DNA of 64,000 bases, from assembly GCA_024709425.1 (NCBI GenBank), contig JANJWS010000074.1, positions 3,970 through 67,969 on the forward strand, given 5' to 3'. The translations under genes were made by a program, and so were the position numbers. The stretch's first letter is position 1; each line of letters begins with the position of its first letter. The DNA comes from Thiobacillus sp. GTDB lineage: Bacteria; Pseudomonadota; Gammaproteobacteria; Burkholderiales; Thiobacillaceae. Shown here one piece after another: positions 28,575 through 38,443 of this stretch. The notes under the pieces are model-generated. The model was not told the origin of the DNA and ran no database searches. It saw only the letters and a program-made list of their open reading frames with translations.

Positions 28575-29826
28575 ATCGGACACCGTTTCCGGACGCATCG
28601 ACCTGGTCGTGTTCAGCGCGCTTTTCCCGAGTGCCGTCCGGCCAGGCGCGGGCCTTTTCATTCGCGAGCGCATGTTCCGCGTCGCGCGCCACCGTCCGCT
28701 TGCGGTCGTCTCGCCGCAGCCGTGGTTTCCCGGCCAGGGGCTGATCCGCCGCTGGCGTCCCGGTTACAGGCCGCAGGCACCGGCGCTGGAAATGCAGCAG
28801 GGCATCCGCGTCTACCATCCGCGTTATCTCGCGCTGCCCGGACTGTTGCGGCAGCTCGACGGTTGGTCGATGGCGCTGTCGGGCTATCTTCTGCTGCGGC
28901 GCTTGAAGGCGCAGGGCGCGCGCCTGATCGATGCGCACTTCGCCTATCCCGATGGCGAGGCTGCGGTGCGGCTCGGCCGCTGGCTGCGCCTGCCGGTGAC
29001 GATCACCCTGCGCGGCACCGAAGTGCCGCATAGCCGGAACCCGGCGCTGCGGCCGCGCCTGGCGCTTACGCTCAAGGCAGCGGACCGCGTGTTTTCGGTG
29101 TCCGATTCGCTGCGCCGGCTGGCGCTGGCGCTCGGCGTCGACGCCGAGCGTACCGAGGTCGTCGGCAACGGCGTCGACGTCGCCCGCTTTTATCCAGTCG
29201 ATCGCGCCGCCGCGCGCCGCCACATCGGCGTGCCGCAGAATGCACAGGTGCTCGTCTCGGTCGGTGCACTGGTCGAGCGCAAGGGCATGCACCGGGTCAT
29301 CGATTGCCTGCCGGCACTCATCGAACGTCATCCGCATCTGCACTACGTCGTCGTCGGCGGTGCCAGCCCCGAGGGTGACAACCGTGCCGAACTCGACGCC
29401 CAGATGGCGCGGCTCGGGCTTGCCGGGCGCGTGCACTTTCTCGGCGCACTGCCGCCGGACCAATTGAAGACCCCGCTGTCCGCCGCCGACGTGTTCGTGC
29501 TCGCCACCCGCAACGAGGGCTGGGCGAACGTCTTTCTCGAAGCGATGGCCTGCGGCCTGCCGGTGGTGACCACCGACGTCGGCGGCAACGCCGAAGTGGT
29601 GTGTCGCCCCGAGTTGGGGCGCATCGTGCCCTTCGGCGATGCGGGGGCCCTGCGCCAGGCACTCGACGCGGCGCTCGATACGCAGTGGGATCGTGCCGCG
29701 ATCCTCGATTACGCGCGCGCCAACCAGTGGGACGCGCGCATCGCGCAGCTGCTGTGTGCTTATGGCGACTTGCTGCAGGAGGCATCGCACGTCGGCGCCG
29801 GAGACACGGTGCCTGTACGCCGATGA
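28567..29826 (+). CDS. GT4 glycosyltransferase (TuaC-like)
   Basis: TTG start after GGAGG; DAHFAYPDG, TLRGT, EGWANVFLEAMACG. Confidence 0.88.
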   Translation: MAESDTVSGRIDLVVFSALFPSAVRPGAGLFIRERMFRVARHRPLAVVSPQPWFPGQGLIRRWRPGYRPQAPALEMQQGIRVYHPRYLALPGLLRQLDGWSMALSGYLLLRRLKAQGARLIDAHFAYPDGEAAVRLGRWLRLPVTITLRGTEVPHSRNPALRPRLALTLKAADRVFSVSDSLRRLALALGVDAERTEVVGNGVDVARFYPVDRAAARRHIGVPQNAQVLVSVGALVERKGMHRVIDCLPALIERHPHLHYVVVGGASPEGDNRAELDAQMARLGLAGRVHFLGALPPDQLKTPLSAADVFVLATRNEGWANVFLEAMACGLPVVTTDVGGNAEVVCRPELGRIVPFGDAGALRQALDAALDTQWDRAAILDYARANQWDARIAQLLCAYGDLLQEASHVGAGDTVPVRR

Positions 29827-30665
29827 GTACGCGCCCCTCTGCCACCGGCCACGACGCGCGCAGCCTGACGATGCGGCTGCGCCGCGCGGCGTGGCGATAC
29901 GGCAAGCTCGTGCGCCAGCGTCTGCGTCCGCGGCCGGTGTCGCTGCATGTCTTCGTTGCGGGCATGCAGCGTTCCGGCACCAACCTCCTGATGGACGTGC
30001 TCGATGCCAGCGCCGACACGCAGGTGTTTCACGAGACCGATCCACGCGCATTCGACGTGTACGAGATGCGCGGCGAAGCGGTGATTCGCGGGCTGGTGGA
30101 CACGAGCCCGGCGCGGGTATTCGTCATCAAGGCGTTGTGCGAGCTGGACCGCATCCGTGTCCTGATGGACGACTTCGCGCCGGCGCGAACCTTGTGGCTG
30201 GTACGCGACTGGCGGGACAGTGCCCGGTCGGCGGTCCGCTCCTTCCCGAATTTCGTTCCGCAATGGCGACGCCTGGCAAACGGCGACGCCGAAGACTGGC
30301 GCGGGCGCGGCATGTCGCCCGCGACGCGCGAGTTGCTCGCGGCACTCTACCGGCCGGATGCGAGTGAAGCCGAGGGGGCTGCCATCATGTGGTTCTATCG
30401 CAACGTGCTGTATTTCGAACAGGGTCTCGCCGCCGATCCACGCGTGCGTGTCGTGTTCTATGAGGACCTGGTGCAGGCACCCGAGCGGGAAGGGGCGGCC
30501 GTCTATGCCTTCCTGGGGCTCGCCGGCTTTGGCCCGGCGATCGCCGGACGCATCCACGCGCGTTCGGTGAAGCACCGCAGCCCGCCCGACATCGCACCCG
30601 CCGTGGCAAGCCTGTGCGACGAGCTGCTGGCGCGCTTCAAGGCGGTGGCCGGAGGGCGCGCATGA
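29823..30665 (+). CDS. PAPS-dependent sulfotransferase 1
   Basis: 5'-PSB loop GMQRSGTN, 3'-PB-like RDWRDSARS, YEDL. Confidence 0.8.
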   Translation: MSTRPSATGHDARSLTMRLRRAAWRYGKLVRQRLRPRPVSLHVFVAGMQRSGTNLLMDVLDASADTQVFHETDPRAFDVYEMRGEAVIRGLVDTSPARVFVIKALCELDRIRVLMDDFAPARTLWLVRDWRDSARSAVRSFPNFVPQWRRLANGDAEDWRGRGMSPATRELLAALYRPDASEAEGAAIMWFYRNVLYFEQGLAADPRVRVVFYEDLVQAPEREGAAVYAFLGLAGFGPAIAGRIHARSVKHRSPPDIAPAVASLCDELLARFKAVAGGRA

Positions 30666-32047
30666 GCCTGCCCGCCTGGATCGCGCGCGGCGTCTACCGG
30701 ATGCAGGAAGCGGCCATGCGCCGCCCGACCTTCGCCATGCTCGCCGAGATCGAACGCACGCAATGGCTGTCGCGCGCGGAGCTGGAGGCATACCAGACCG
30801 GGCGTCTCAACCGCCTGCTGCAAACGGCGCTGGCGCACAGTCCCTGGCACGCCGAACGCCTGCGCGCCGCCGGGCTGGAAGCGACGCTGCGTGACGGCGC
30901 CGTCACGCTCGCGGACCTTGCCCGCCTGCCCACCATGACCAAACGCGACGCACGCGAAAACGCCGAGCACCTGGTGTGGCGTGGCGTGCCGGGCGGCGTC
31001 TTCCCCTATACCACGGGCGGCTCCAGCGGCGAACCGCTGATCTTCCACTTCGGCCGCGAGCGCCAGGCCTCCGATGCCGCGGGACGCATGCGCGCACGGC
31101 GCTGGTGGGGCGTGGCGCCGGGCGAACGCGAGACCTACCTGTGGGGCGCACCGGTCGAGCTCAACAAGACCGACCGCATCAAGACCCTGCGCGACCGTCT
31201 GGTGAACCAGATGGTGCTGAATGCCTTCGCCATGTCGCCCGAACGCATGGATGCCTATCTCGACGCCCTCGTGGCGTGGCAGCCGAAATGCCTGTACGGC
31301 TATGCGTCCAGTGTCGCGCTGCTGGCGGCGCACGCCGACGCGCGTGGCCGCGCGCTTCACCTGGCGGCCCTGCGCGTGGTCTGCACCACCGGCGAGCCGC
31401 TCTATTCGCACCAGCGCGAGCTCATCGGCCGCGTGTTCGGCGTGCCGGTGGCGAACGAGTTCGGCAGTCGTGACATCGGCTTCACCGCGCACGAGGCGCC
31501 GGGCGGGCAGATGTTGCTGATGAGCGAAAGTCATGTCGTCGAGGTGCTCGATCCCGATGGCAATCCTGTCGCACCCGGCGAGGCGGGCGAGGCGGTAATC
31601 ACCGGCCTGACGTCGGCGGCGCAGCCCTTCATCCGCTATCGCACCGGCGACGTTCTGCGCATGTCGATGGAACCCGCAATGGGCGGCCAGGGGCTGCACG
31701 TGATCGCCGAGGTCAGCGGGCGCCAGACCGATTTCGTGGTGGCGGCCGACGGCCGCCTGATGCACGCGCTGGCGGTGATCTACGTATTGCGTGCGGTGCC
31801 GGGCATCGCGCAGTTCAAGTGCATCCAGCATACGGTCGAGCGCATGGAGGTCTTGGTCGTGCCCGATGCAGCCTGGAAAGACGCCGCGCGCCAGGCGGTC
31901 GTTTCGGGCCTGCGCGCCCGCCTCGGCGATACGCTGGCGGTGGAGCTGCGCCTTCTCGACGACATCCCGCCCGAGGCCTCCGGCAAGCACCGTTATGTCG
32001 TGAGCCATGTTCCCCTTGCCGACGCGCTGAAACAGGCGGCGGCGTGA
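30662..32047 (+). CDS. Phenylacetate-CoA ligase / CapK-family adenylate-forming enzyme
   Basis: TTGGSSGEP P-loop, TTGE, EFGSRD, IRYRTGD, SGKHR. Confidence 0.85.
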   Translation: MSLPAWIARGVYRMQEAAMRRPTFAMLAEIERTQWLSRAELEAYQTGRLNRLLQTALAHSPWHAERLRAAGLEATLRDGAVTLADLARLPTMTKRDARENAEHLVWRGVPGGVFPYTTGGSSGEPLIFHFGRERQASDAAGRMRARRWWGVAPGERETYLWGAPVELNKTDRIKTLRDRLVNQMVLNAFAMSPERMDAYLDALVAWQPKCLYGYASSVALLAAHADARGRALHLAALRVVCTTGEPLYSHQRELIGRVFGVPVANEFGSRDIGFTAHEAPGGQMLLMSESHVVEVLDPDGNPVAPGEAGEAVITGLTSAAQPFIRYRTGDVLRMSMEPAMGGQGLHVIAEVSGRQTDFVVAADGRLMHALAVIYVLRAVPGIAQFKCIQHTVERMEVLVVPDAAWKDAARQAVVSGLRARLGDTLAVELRLLDDIPPEASGKHRYVVSHVPLADALKQAAA

Positions 32048-32068
32048 ATTTACAGCAATGATTCGAGC

Positions 32069-33283
32069 ATGAAACCTTCCGCACTTCTCCAGCTGCCCTT
32101 GCGTTACAAACCCTGGCAGGGCCGCAACCTGCGCCTCGTGCTCCAGGACATGGCGGGCGCCGCGCGCCAGCCCGAGCAGGACCACCGCACTCACCTGCGT
32201 GCCGCCATCGACTGGCTGTGCCGGGCGCAGGACGTTCGCTACGGCAAGCCCGACGCCGGCGGCGTCGCCGCCGGATGGAGCTTCGAGGATGGCTGGCTGC
32301 CAGGCTATCCGGAAACCACCGGCTACATCATCGAGACCTTCATCGCCGCGGCGCAGTATCTCGACCGGCCCGAACTGGTGCAACGCGCGCAGAAGATGAT
32401 CGACTGGGAGCTCTCGCTGCAGGCGGCGGACGGTGCCTTCCCGGGACACTTCGGCGAGGCCGGCAGCCATCCGGTGATCTTCAACCAGGGTCAGATCATG
32501 CACGGGCTGGTGGCGGGCTACACCTCGCTCGGTCGCCAGGACTGTCTCGAAGCCGGCGTACGCGCCGGGCGCTGGCTCGCCGCGCAGCAGGACGCCGACG
32601 GCTGCTACCGACGCTTCGAGCATAACGGCGTGCCGCACGTCTACAACACGCGCGCGATCTGGGCGCTGGCAGCGATGGGCGTGGTCGCGAACGAGCCGGA
32701 CTTCGTCGCGGCCGCGCGCCGCAATCTCGACTGGGCGCTGACCCGGCAGACGCCGAGCGGCTGGTTCGCCACCAATGCCTTCCTGCCGGGCCGGCATCCC
32801 TTCACCCACACCATCGCCTACGCCATCCGCGGCTTCATCGAAGTGGCCGTGTTGCTGGGCGACGAACGCTATCTCGCGGCGGCGGAAAAAGCCGCGCACG
32901 GATTGATGGCGCAGCAGCGTAGCGATGGCTGGCTCGCCGGCACCTACGACGACGGCTGGGCGCCCACCGCCTCCTACGCCTGCGTCACCGGCGTGGCGCA
33001 GATGGCTCTTTGCTGGCTGCGCCTGGCGCAGGTCACTGGCGACAAGTCCTGCCACGACGCGGCCTGGCGCGCGATTGCCTACGTCAAACGGACGCAGCGG
33101 TTGGAAGAGGACGACGCCATCGTGCGTGGCGCCATCCCCGGTTCGGCGCCGATCTGGGGCGCCTATTCGCGCTTCGAATTCCCCAACTGGGCGGCCAAGT
33201 TCTTTGCCGATGCGTTGATGATGGACATGGCGAACGTGGCTGTACCGCCGCTGCCGGCGGCGGCGAAGGGGCTGACACGATGA
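32069..33283 (+). CDS. Alpha/alpha-toroid (prenyltransferase/squalene-cyclase-repeat-like) protein of unknown function, paralog A
   Basis: YPETTGY motif; repeated W..Q..DG units (QAADG, QDADG, QTPSG, QRSDG); WAAKFF.DA. Confidence 0.7.
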   Translation: MKPSALLQLPLRYKPWQGRNLRLVLQDMAGAARQPEQDHRTHLRAAIDWLCRAQDVRYGKPDAGGVAAGWSFEDGWLPGYPETTGYIIETFIAAAQYLDRPELVQRAQKMIDWELSLQAADGAFPGHFGEAGSHPVIFNQGQIMHGLVAGYTSLGRQDCLEAGVRAGRWLAAQQDADGCYRRFEHNGVPHVYNTRAIWALAAMGVVANEPDFVAAARRNLDWALTRQTPSGWFATNAFLPGRHPFTHTIAYAIRGFIEVAVLLGDERYLAAAEKAAHGLMAQQRSDGWLAGTYDDGWAPTASYACVTGVAQMALCWLRLAQVTGDKSCHDAAWRAIAYVKRTQRLEEDDAIVRGAIPGSAPIWGAYSRFEFPNWAAKFFADALMMDMANVAVPPLPAAAKGLTR

Positions 33284-34110
33284 GCCGGCCGCGGCTGATG
33301 GTTTTGTGCGGGCGCAGCGCGCGCCACCTGTATGTCGCCAATGCGCTGTGCCGCGCCGGCGAGGTGGAGGCCATCGTGCAGGAAACCGGTGGCGACTGGC
33401 GCCTGGGCAAGACCCTGAGGAAGCTTCGCCCCGCCAATCTGTTGCGCAAGGTCTGGCGCTGGCTGCGCGACCGCCGTCGCTATACCGGCAATCCCGAGGC
33501 GAAGTTCTTCTTTCCGGACGCTGAGCCGCGCCTCGACCATCCGGAGCTGGTGCGCGAAGTGCCCCACATCAATCATCCTGACGTCGTGCGTCTCGCGCGC
33601 GAACTCAAGCCAGATCTCATCTGCGTGTTCGGTACCTCGCTCATCCGTGGCGAACTGCTCGACGAGGGTCGCCTCGGCATTGTCAACCTGCACGGCGGCC
33701 TGTCGCCGGAATATCGCGGCGCCGACTGCACCTTCTGGGCGCTCTACAACAACGAACCGGACAAGGTTGGCTGCACGCTGCACTACATTGACGCCGGCAT
33801 CGACACTGGCCGTCTCATCGCGCACATCAGTCCGGAAGTCGGCGCGGGCGACACCGAACTGGTGCTGTTCTGGCGCGCGGTGCAGGACAGCGCCGAGGTC
33901 TACGCCGAGGCCGTCGCGCGCATCGCCCGAGGCGAGCCGCTCGGCGTTGCGCAACCGGGCAGGGGGCGGCTGTATCAGGTCAAGGACCGCGGGCTGCGCC
34001 ACGAGAAGAAACTGGACGCGGACCTGGCGGTGGGGATGCTGCGCGACGTCGCCCTGCCGCGGCGGATCCGCTGGTTCAGCCGGGACATGGCAGCGGAGCC
34101 GCGCGCATGA
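33280..34110 (+). CDS. Formyltransferase-family protein
   Basis: NLHGGLSPEYRG and HYIDAGIDTG retain the Asn/His/Asp triad. Confidence 0.82.
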   Translation: MSRPRLMVLCGRSARHLYVANALCRAGEVEAIVQETGGDWRLGKTLRKLRPANLLRKVWRWLRDRRRYTGNPEAKFFFPDAEPRLDHPELVREVPHINHPDVVRLARELKPDLICVFGTSLIRGELLDEGRLGIVNLHGGLSPEYRGADCTFWALYNNEPDKVGCTLHYIDAGIDTGRLIAHISPEVGAGDTELVLFWRAVQDSAEVYAEAVARIARGEPLGVAQPGRGRLYQVKDRGLRHEKKLDADLAVGMLRDVALPRRIRWFSRDMAAEPRA

Positions 34111-35432
34111 GGGACCTCTTCGTCACCGCCGTCATCTTCGGCTTGATCCCATTCATCTTCCGGCGGCCGTGGGTCGGCATCCTGCTGTGGTCGTGGCTCG
34201 GCTACATGAACCCGCACCGGCTCGCGTGGGGCTTCGCCTACGATTTCCCCTTTGCCATGATCGTCGGCCTGGTCACCATCGTGTCCTTCTTCTTTTCGCG
34301 CGAGAAAAAGGAAATGATCTGGTCACGCGAGGTCGTGGTACTTCTGGCATTCGTGGCCTGGATGCTGCTCACCACTGTCTTCGCATTCAACCAGGCCTGG
34401 GCCTGGTTCCAGTGGGACAAGGTGTGGAAGATCCAGTTGATGATCGTGCTGACGGTCCTCATCTGCAAGGAGCGCCGACACCTGCACTGGCTCATCTGGG
34501 TGATCGCGTTGTCGATCGGGTTCTACGGCGTGAAAGGGGGCATCTTCACGATCGTGAATGGCGGGGCGTATCGGGTGCAGGGGCCGGCCGGCACGTTCAT
34601 TGGAGGCAACAACGAGATTGCACTGGCCATGGTGATGGTAATTCCCCTGATCCGCTACCTGCACCTGCAGGAGGCTCGCCGGTGGATGAAGTTCGGGCTC
34701 GCGGGGGCGATGGTCCTGACCGGCGTCGCCGCAATCGGCACGCAGTCGCGCGGCGGCTTGGTCGCCATGGCGGCAATGGGACTCTTCCTCTGGTTCAAGA
34801 GCCGCCACAAGTTCGTCACCGCCTTCTACATGGCGGCTGCCGTGTCGATTCTGGCGGCGGTCATGCCGCAGGAATGGTACGACCGCATGGGTACGATCAA
34901 GACCTATCAGGAAGACCAGTCGGCCATGGGACGCATCAACGCCTGGCATACTGCATTCAACGTGGCGAAGGACCGTGTGACCGGCGGTGGATTCGAGATG
35001 TGGATTACACCGGTTTTCCGCCAATATGCACCCGACCCCTTCAACGTGCGCGACGTGCACAGCATCTACTTCGAGGTGATGGGCGAGCACGGCTTCATCG
35101 GGTTCGGCCTGTTCGTGCTGCTGGGCGCGCTGGCATGGATACGGGCGCAGCAGATCATCAAGCGCTGCAAGAAGGATCCCGAGAAGAAATGGGCGTCCGA
35201 TCTAGCGGCGATGATCCAGGTCAGCCTCATTGGCTACGCAGCGGGCGGCGCATTCCTCGGGATGGGCTACTTTGACCTGCCGTATCACCTGATGATCATT
35301 CTCGTACTCACCGCCAAGTTTTCTGGGGTGATGGGGCGCTCGTCCGTTGACGAGGCGAGGGCCGCGCCGCTGCCGGCGTTTCAGGCGGGGAAACGCGCAA
35401 ATGGCGGGGCCGCTCGGCGCGGCCCGGGATGA
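34107..35432 (+). CDS. Putative O-glycosylation ligase / Wzy-like protein, exosortase A-associated (TIGR03097-like)
   Basis: Multi-TM; MNPHR, TQSRGG, SAMGRINAW, HSIYFEVMGEHG. Confidence 0.87.
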   Translation: MRDLFVTAVIFGLIPFIFRRPWVGILLWSWLGYMNPHRLAWGFAYDFPFAMIVGLVTIVSFFFSREKKEMIWSREVVVLLAFVAWMLLTTVFAFNQAWAWFQWDKVWKIQLMIVLTVLICKERRHLHWLIWVIALSIGFYGVKGGIFTIVNGGAYRVQGPAGTFIGGNNEIALAMVMVIPLIRYLHLQEARRWMKFGLAGAMVLTGVAAIGTQSRGGLVAMAAMGLFLWFKSRHKFVTAFYMAAAVSILAAVMPQEWYDRMGTIKTYQEDQSAMGRINAWHTAFNVAKDRVTGGGFEMWITPVFRQYAPDPFNVRDVHSIYFEVMGEHGFIGFGLFVLLGALAWIRAQQIIKRCKKDPEKKWASDLAAMIQVSLIGYAAGGAFLGMGYFDLPYHLMIILVLTAKFSGVMGRSSVDEARAAPLPAFQAGKRANGGAARRGPG

Positions 35433-35500
35433 TCGGCCCATGTCTGTTGAGCCGCGCCCGTGCGCGTCTCAACAATCGCCCAGGCTGACGGATGGCAAAA

Positions 35501-37327
35501 TCAGTGTCCGTGTGCCTGCAGCCACCGCTCCAGCATCATCGTCACCCAGATCATCACGCCGTAATAACTCGCGTGCGGCCCGCGTGACATGGTCAGCATG
35601 TGGTCGAGGTAGGCTGGCTGGATCCAGCCGCGCCGCTTGAAGTCCGACAGACTGTCGCCGACCAGTTCGCCGAGTGGCGCATGCTGGTTGCTCCAGACGC
35701 CGAAAGGCAGGCCGAAACCGTGCTTCGACTTGTTGATGATCTTTTCCGGAAGGAGATCGCGCAGTGCTTCCTTGAAGAACCAGCGCAGCGCTTGCCCGCG
35801 TACCTTGTAATCGACTGGCAGGTGGTTGGCGAACGTCACCAGGCGATCGTCGAGCAACGGGTAACGCACTTCGATGCCGGCCGCTTCGGTCATGGTGCCC
35901 ACCTTGCGCAGGTCGTTGTCGGCCAGGGTGAACTTCAGGTCCAGATGCATCATGCGGTTGATGTAGTGATCCGACGCGGTGCGTGTGTAGGCTTCCGTGA
36001 GGGCGGCATCGGTACACGAGGGGTCGACGTCACTCATGAAGTCCGCGGTGAAGATCTGGTCAAGCGGCGTGCGGTGCAGGAAGTTGTAGGTCTCCAGCCG
36101 CAGGGGCAGGCCAACCTTCGCCTGGGTGATGTAGCTTTTCAGCTTGGATAGCGGGAAGCGCCTCGACAACGCAGGCAGATGTGCTACCGGCTCGACCACG
36201 GCACGGCGCAGCAGGACGGGAATGCGGTCGTAGGCCTCGAACAGGCCTTGCTTGGCATAGCGCGCATTGCCGCCGAAGATCTCGTCGCCACCATCGCCCG
36301 CCAGCATGTGCCCGAACCCGGCCTCGCGCGCGTTGCGGGCGCAGAAGTAGGTGGGCACCGCCGACTCGTTTCCGAAAGGCTCGTCGTAGGCAGTCGCGAT
36401 AACGGGGACCGCGGTGACGATATCGGCCGGCTTGAGGTAATACTCGTGCATGCGGCTGGCATAGCGTTCGGCCGCGCAGCGTGCGAATTCCATTTCGTCG
36501 AAGCCGGTGGCATCGAATCCGATCGAGAAGGTGTCTACGGCCGAGCCGCGCGTGGCGGTGAGCGCGCCGACCACGGTGGAACTGTCGGTCCCGCCCGAGA
36601 GGAAGGCGGCAGTGGATGGGGCATCCGTATCGCGTACGGCCTGGTCGAGCAGGTCGCGGAACTCCGCACGCATGGCATCGAAGCCGGGCGCTGCCGGCGT
36701 GTAATCGGCGTGCCAGTAGAATCCGCTGTCGATCCGGCCGTTCTGCAGTGCCACCCATTGTCCTGGCAACAGCTTGTGCACACCTCGATACAGGCTGCGC
36801 GGTGCCGGGATGGTGTGGAAGTAAAGATAATCGTAAATGGCTTGCGCGTCGACGTGGCGGCCGACGCGCGGGTGAGCCGCCACACTCTGGATGCTGGTGC
36901 CGAATACCAGATGACCACTGCTTTCAGCGTAGCATAGCCGCTCCACGCCCATGCGGTCGAGTGCGAGAAACGCCCGCTTCTTGAGTGGTTCGAGCACGAC
37001 CAGCGCGAAGCTGCCTTCCATCATGCGTGGCAGCCTGTCGCCGTGCCGCAGCCAGCCGTGGGCCGCCGCCGCCGCAGTGCCCCGATCGCGTGCGAGCGAG
37101 GCGAGGTCGGCGTCGAGAAAGCGCGGACGGCCGTGGAGCGCGGCCGCCAAGCCGTTTTCCGTGTGAATGCCGGCCTTGCCGAAACGCGAGCACGACGCCA
37201 CGCCCAGCAGCTGGCTGCTGTGCTCCTGCAGTATGGCTTCCGGAGAAAGGCAGGCTGCGCCCCCCATCTGTCGAATCAGATCCTGATGGGCGTCGTGGTC
37301 GCCCATCCAACCGAAAATGCCATCCAT
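35501..37327 (-). CDS. Asparagine synthase-related ATP-dependent amide ligase lacking the glutaminase Cys
   Basis: Begins MDGIFG rather than MCGI; synthetase motifs FLSGGTDSS, GDGGDE and DNDLRKV intact. Confidence 0.85.
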   Translation of the reverse strand: MDGIFGWMGDHDAHQDLIRQMGGAACLSPEAILQEHSSQLLGVASCSRFGKAGIHTENGLAAALHGRPRFLDADLASLARDRGTAAAAAHGWLRHGDRLPRMMEGSFALVVLEPLKKRAFLALDRMGVERLCYAESSGHLVFGTSIQSVAAHPRVGRHVDAQAIYDYLYFHTIPAPRSLYRGVHKLLPGQWVALQNGRIDSGFYWHADYTPAAPGFDAMRAEFRDLLDQAVRDTDAPSTAAFLSGGTDSSTVVGALTATRGSAVDTFSIGFDATGFDEMEFARCAAERYASRMHEYYLKPADIVTAVPVIATAYDEPFGNESAVPTYFCARNAREAGFGHMLAGDGGDEIFGGNARYAKQGLFEAYDRIPVLLRRAVVEPVAHLPALSRRFPLSKLKSYITQAKVGLPLRLETYNFLHRTPLDQIFTADFMSDVDPSCTDAALTEAYTRTASDHYINRMMHLDLKFTLADNDLRKVGTMTEAAGIEVRYPLLDDRLVTFANHLPVDYKVRGQALRWFFKEALRDLLPEKIINKSKHGFGLPFGVWSNQHAPLGELVGDSLSDFKRRGWIQPAYLDHMLTMSRGPHASYYGVMIWVTMMLERWLQAHGH

Positions 37328-37443
37328 GGTGTGAGGTGTCTGCGTGATGCGGGATAATGAAATGATAACGAGCTTGTCGCCGCCTCCGAAGCCACTCCGA
37401 CAAAGCCGCCAAGCATTGCCATAATCTCAGAAAGCCGTCCACG

Positions 37444-38361
37444 TTGAGCGAATTCCTGCAAAAAGTCAGTAAGACCCTGGCCTGGCATGCGGCCCGATTG
37501 CAGCGCAGCGCGCGCAGCGCGCAGTGGGCGCTCACCCGTGCGCCTGCCGAACGTCCCATCATCGTGGTCGGCTGCTCGCGCGCCGGCACGACCCTCGTCT
37601 ACAAGACGCTCTCGCAGTCGCGAGAAATCGGCAGCCTGCAGCGCGAAACCCACGACGACTGGATGGCGCTGCACCCGCTGGCGGACAAGCATTGGGACAC
37701 GCATGCGCTGGATGCGGCGGACGCCAGCGCGGCCGACCGCGACACGGTCAGCCGCTATTTCTACAGCCATACCGGCCACGCTCGCTGGGTCGACAAGAAC
37801 AACCAGAACGGCCTGTGCGTGCCCTATCTGCACGCGCTGTTTCCCGACGCCGTGTTCGTCTTCGTCAAGCGCAGCCCGGGGGACAATCTGAATTCGCTCA
37901 TCGAGGGCTGGGCCAAGCCCGACGAATTCGCTACCTGGTCGGGCGCCTTGCCGGCCGAAGTGCGCGTCGACAACGGCCGCCTGCGGCAGTGGTGTTTCTT
38001 CCTTGCCGAGGGCTGGCGCGATTATGTGAATGCTTCCGTTGAGGACGTTGCCGCATTCCAGTACCACGCGATCAATGCCGCCATCCTCGATGCGAAGCCG
38101 GGCATCCCCGCCGGGCAGTGGGTCGAGGTGTTCTACGAGGATTTTCTGCGCGATCCCGTGGCCACGTTTCAAGGCGTGTTCGAAGGTTGCGGGCTGACCT
38201 TCGACCGCCGGTTGCAGCAGCACTGCGCGCAAGTGCTGGACATTCCCTACAACGCCTTCTCCGAAATCCGCCTCGACAAATGGAAGGATGGCCGCAACCG
38301 CGACCGCATCGAGCGCGTGTTGCCGAAGGTGGCCGACGTGGCCGGGCGGATGGGGTATTGA
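37444..38361 (+). CDS. PAPS-dependent sulfotransferase 2
   Basis: GCSRAGTT, WVDKN, FPDA.F.FVKR...DN.NS, YEDF. Confidence 0.82.
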   Translation: MSEFLQKVSKTLAWHAARLQRSARSAQWALTRAPAERPIIVVGCSRAGTTLVYKTLSQSREIGSLQRETHDDWMALHPLADKHWDTHALDAADASAADRDTVSRYFYSHTGHARWVDKNNQNGLCVPYLHALFPDAVFVFVKRSPGDNLNSLIEGWAKPDEFATWSGALPAEVRVDNGRLRQWCFFLAEGWRDYVNASVEDVAAFQYHAINAAILDAKPGIPAGQWVEVFYEDFLRDPVATFQGVFEGCGLTFDRRLQQHCAQVLDIPYNAFSEIRLDKWKDGRNRDRIERVLPKVADVAGRMGY

Positions 38362-38443
38362 TGACCCGCCGGCATGGTACTGGATTGCCGGGGCGTTCTT
38401 CAGCACCCAGCCCCGGGCGAGTCACCGGAGCCCATCTGTGGCG

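Noticed and set aside
30503-33055. 850-aa minus-strand ORF, and similar long ORFs at 11943-14036, 17156-19384, 44186-46606, 57106-59118 and 59738-61834
   Set aside because: Each lies antisense to well-supported genes, as expected from codon bias.
32069-33283. Squalene-hopene cyclase or terpene cluster call for the toroid proteins
   Set aside because: Too short, no DxDD motif, and the context is entirely glycan biosynthesis.
35501-37327. Lasso-peptide cyclase interpretation of the Cys-less AsnB
   Set aside because: No precursor peptide, PqqD/RRE or transglutaminase-like protease gene is adjacent.
38362-38443. Sigma-54-like TGGTACTGGATTGC before the deacetylase-like gene
   Set aside because: GG-to-GC spacing is 9 nt rather than the required 10.
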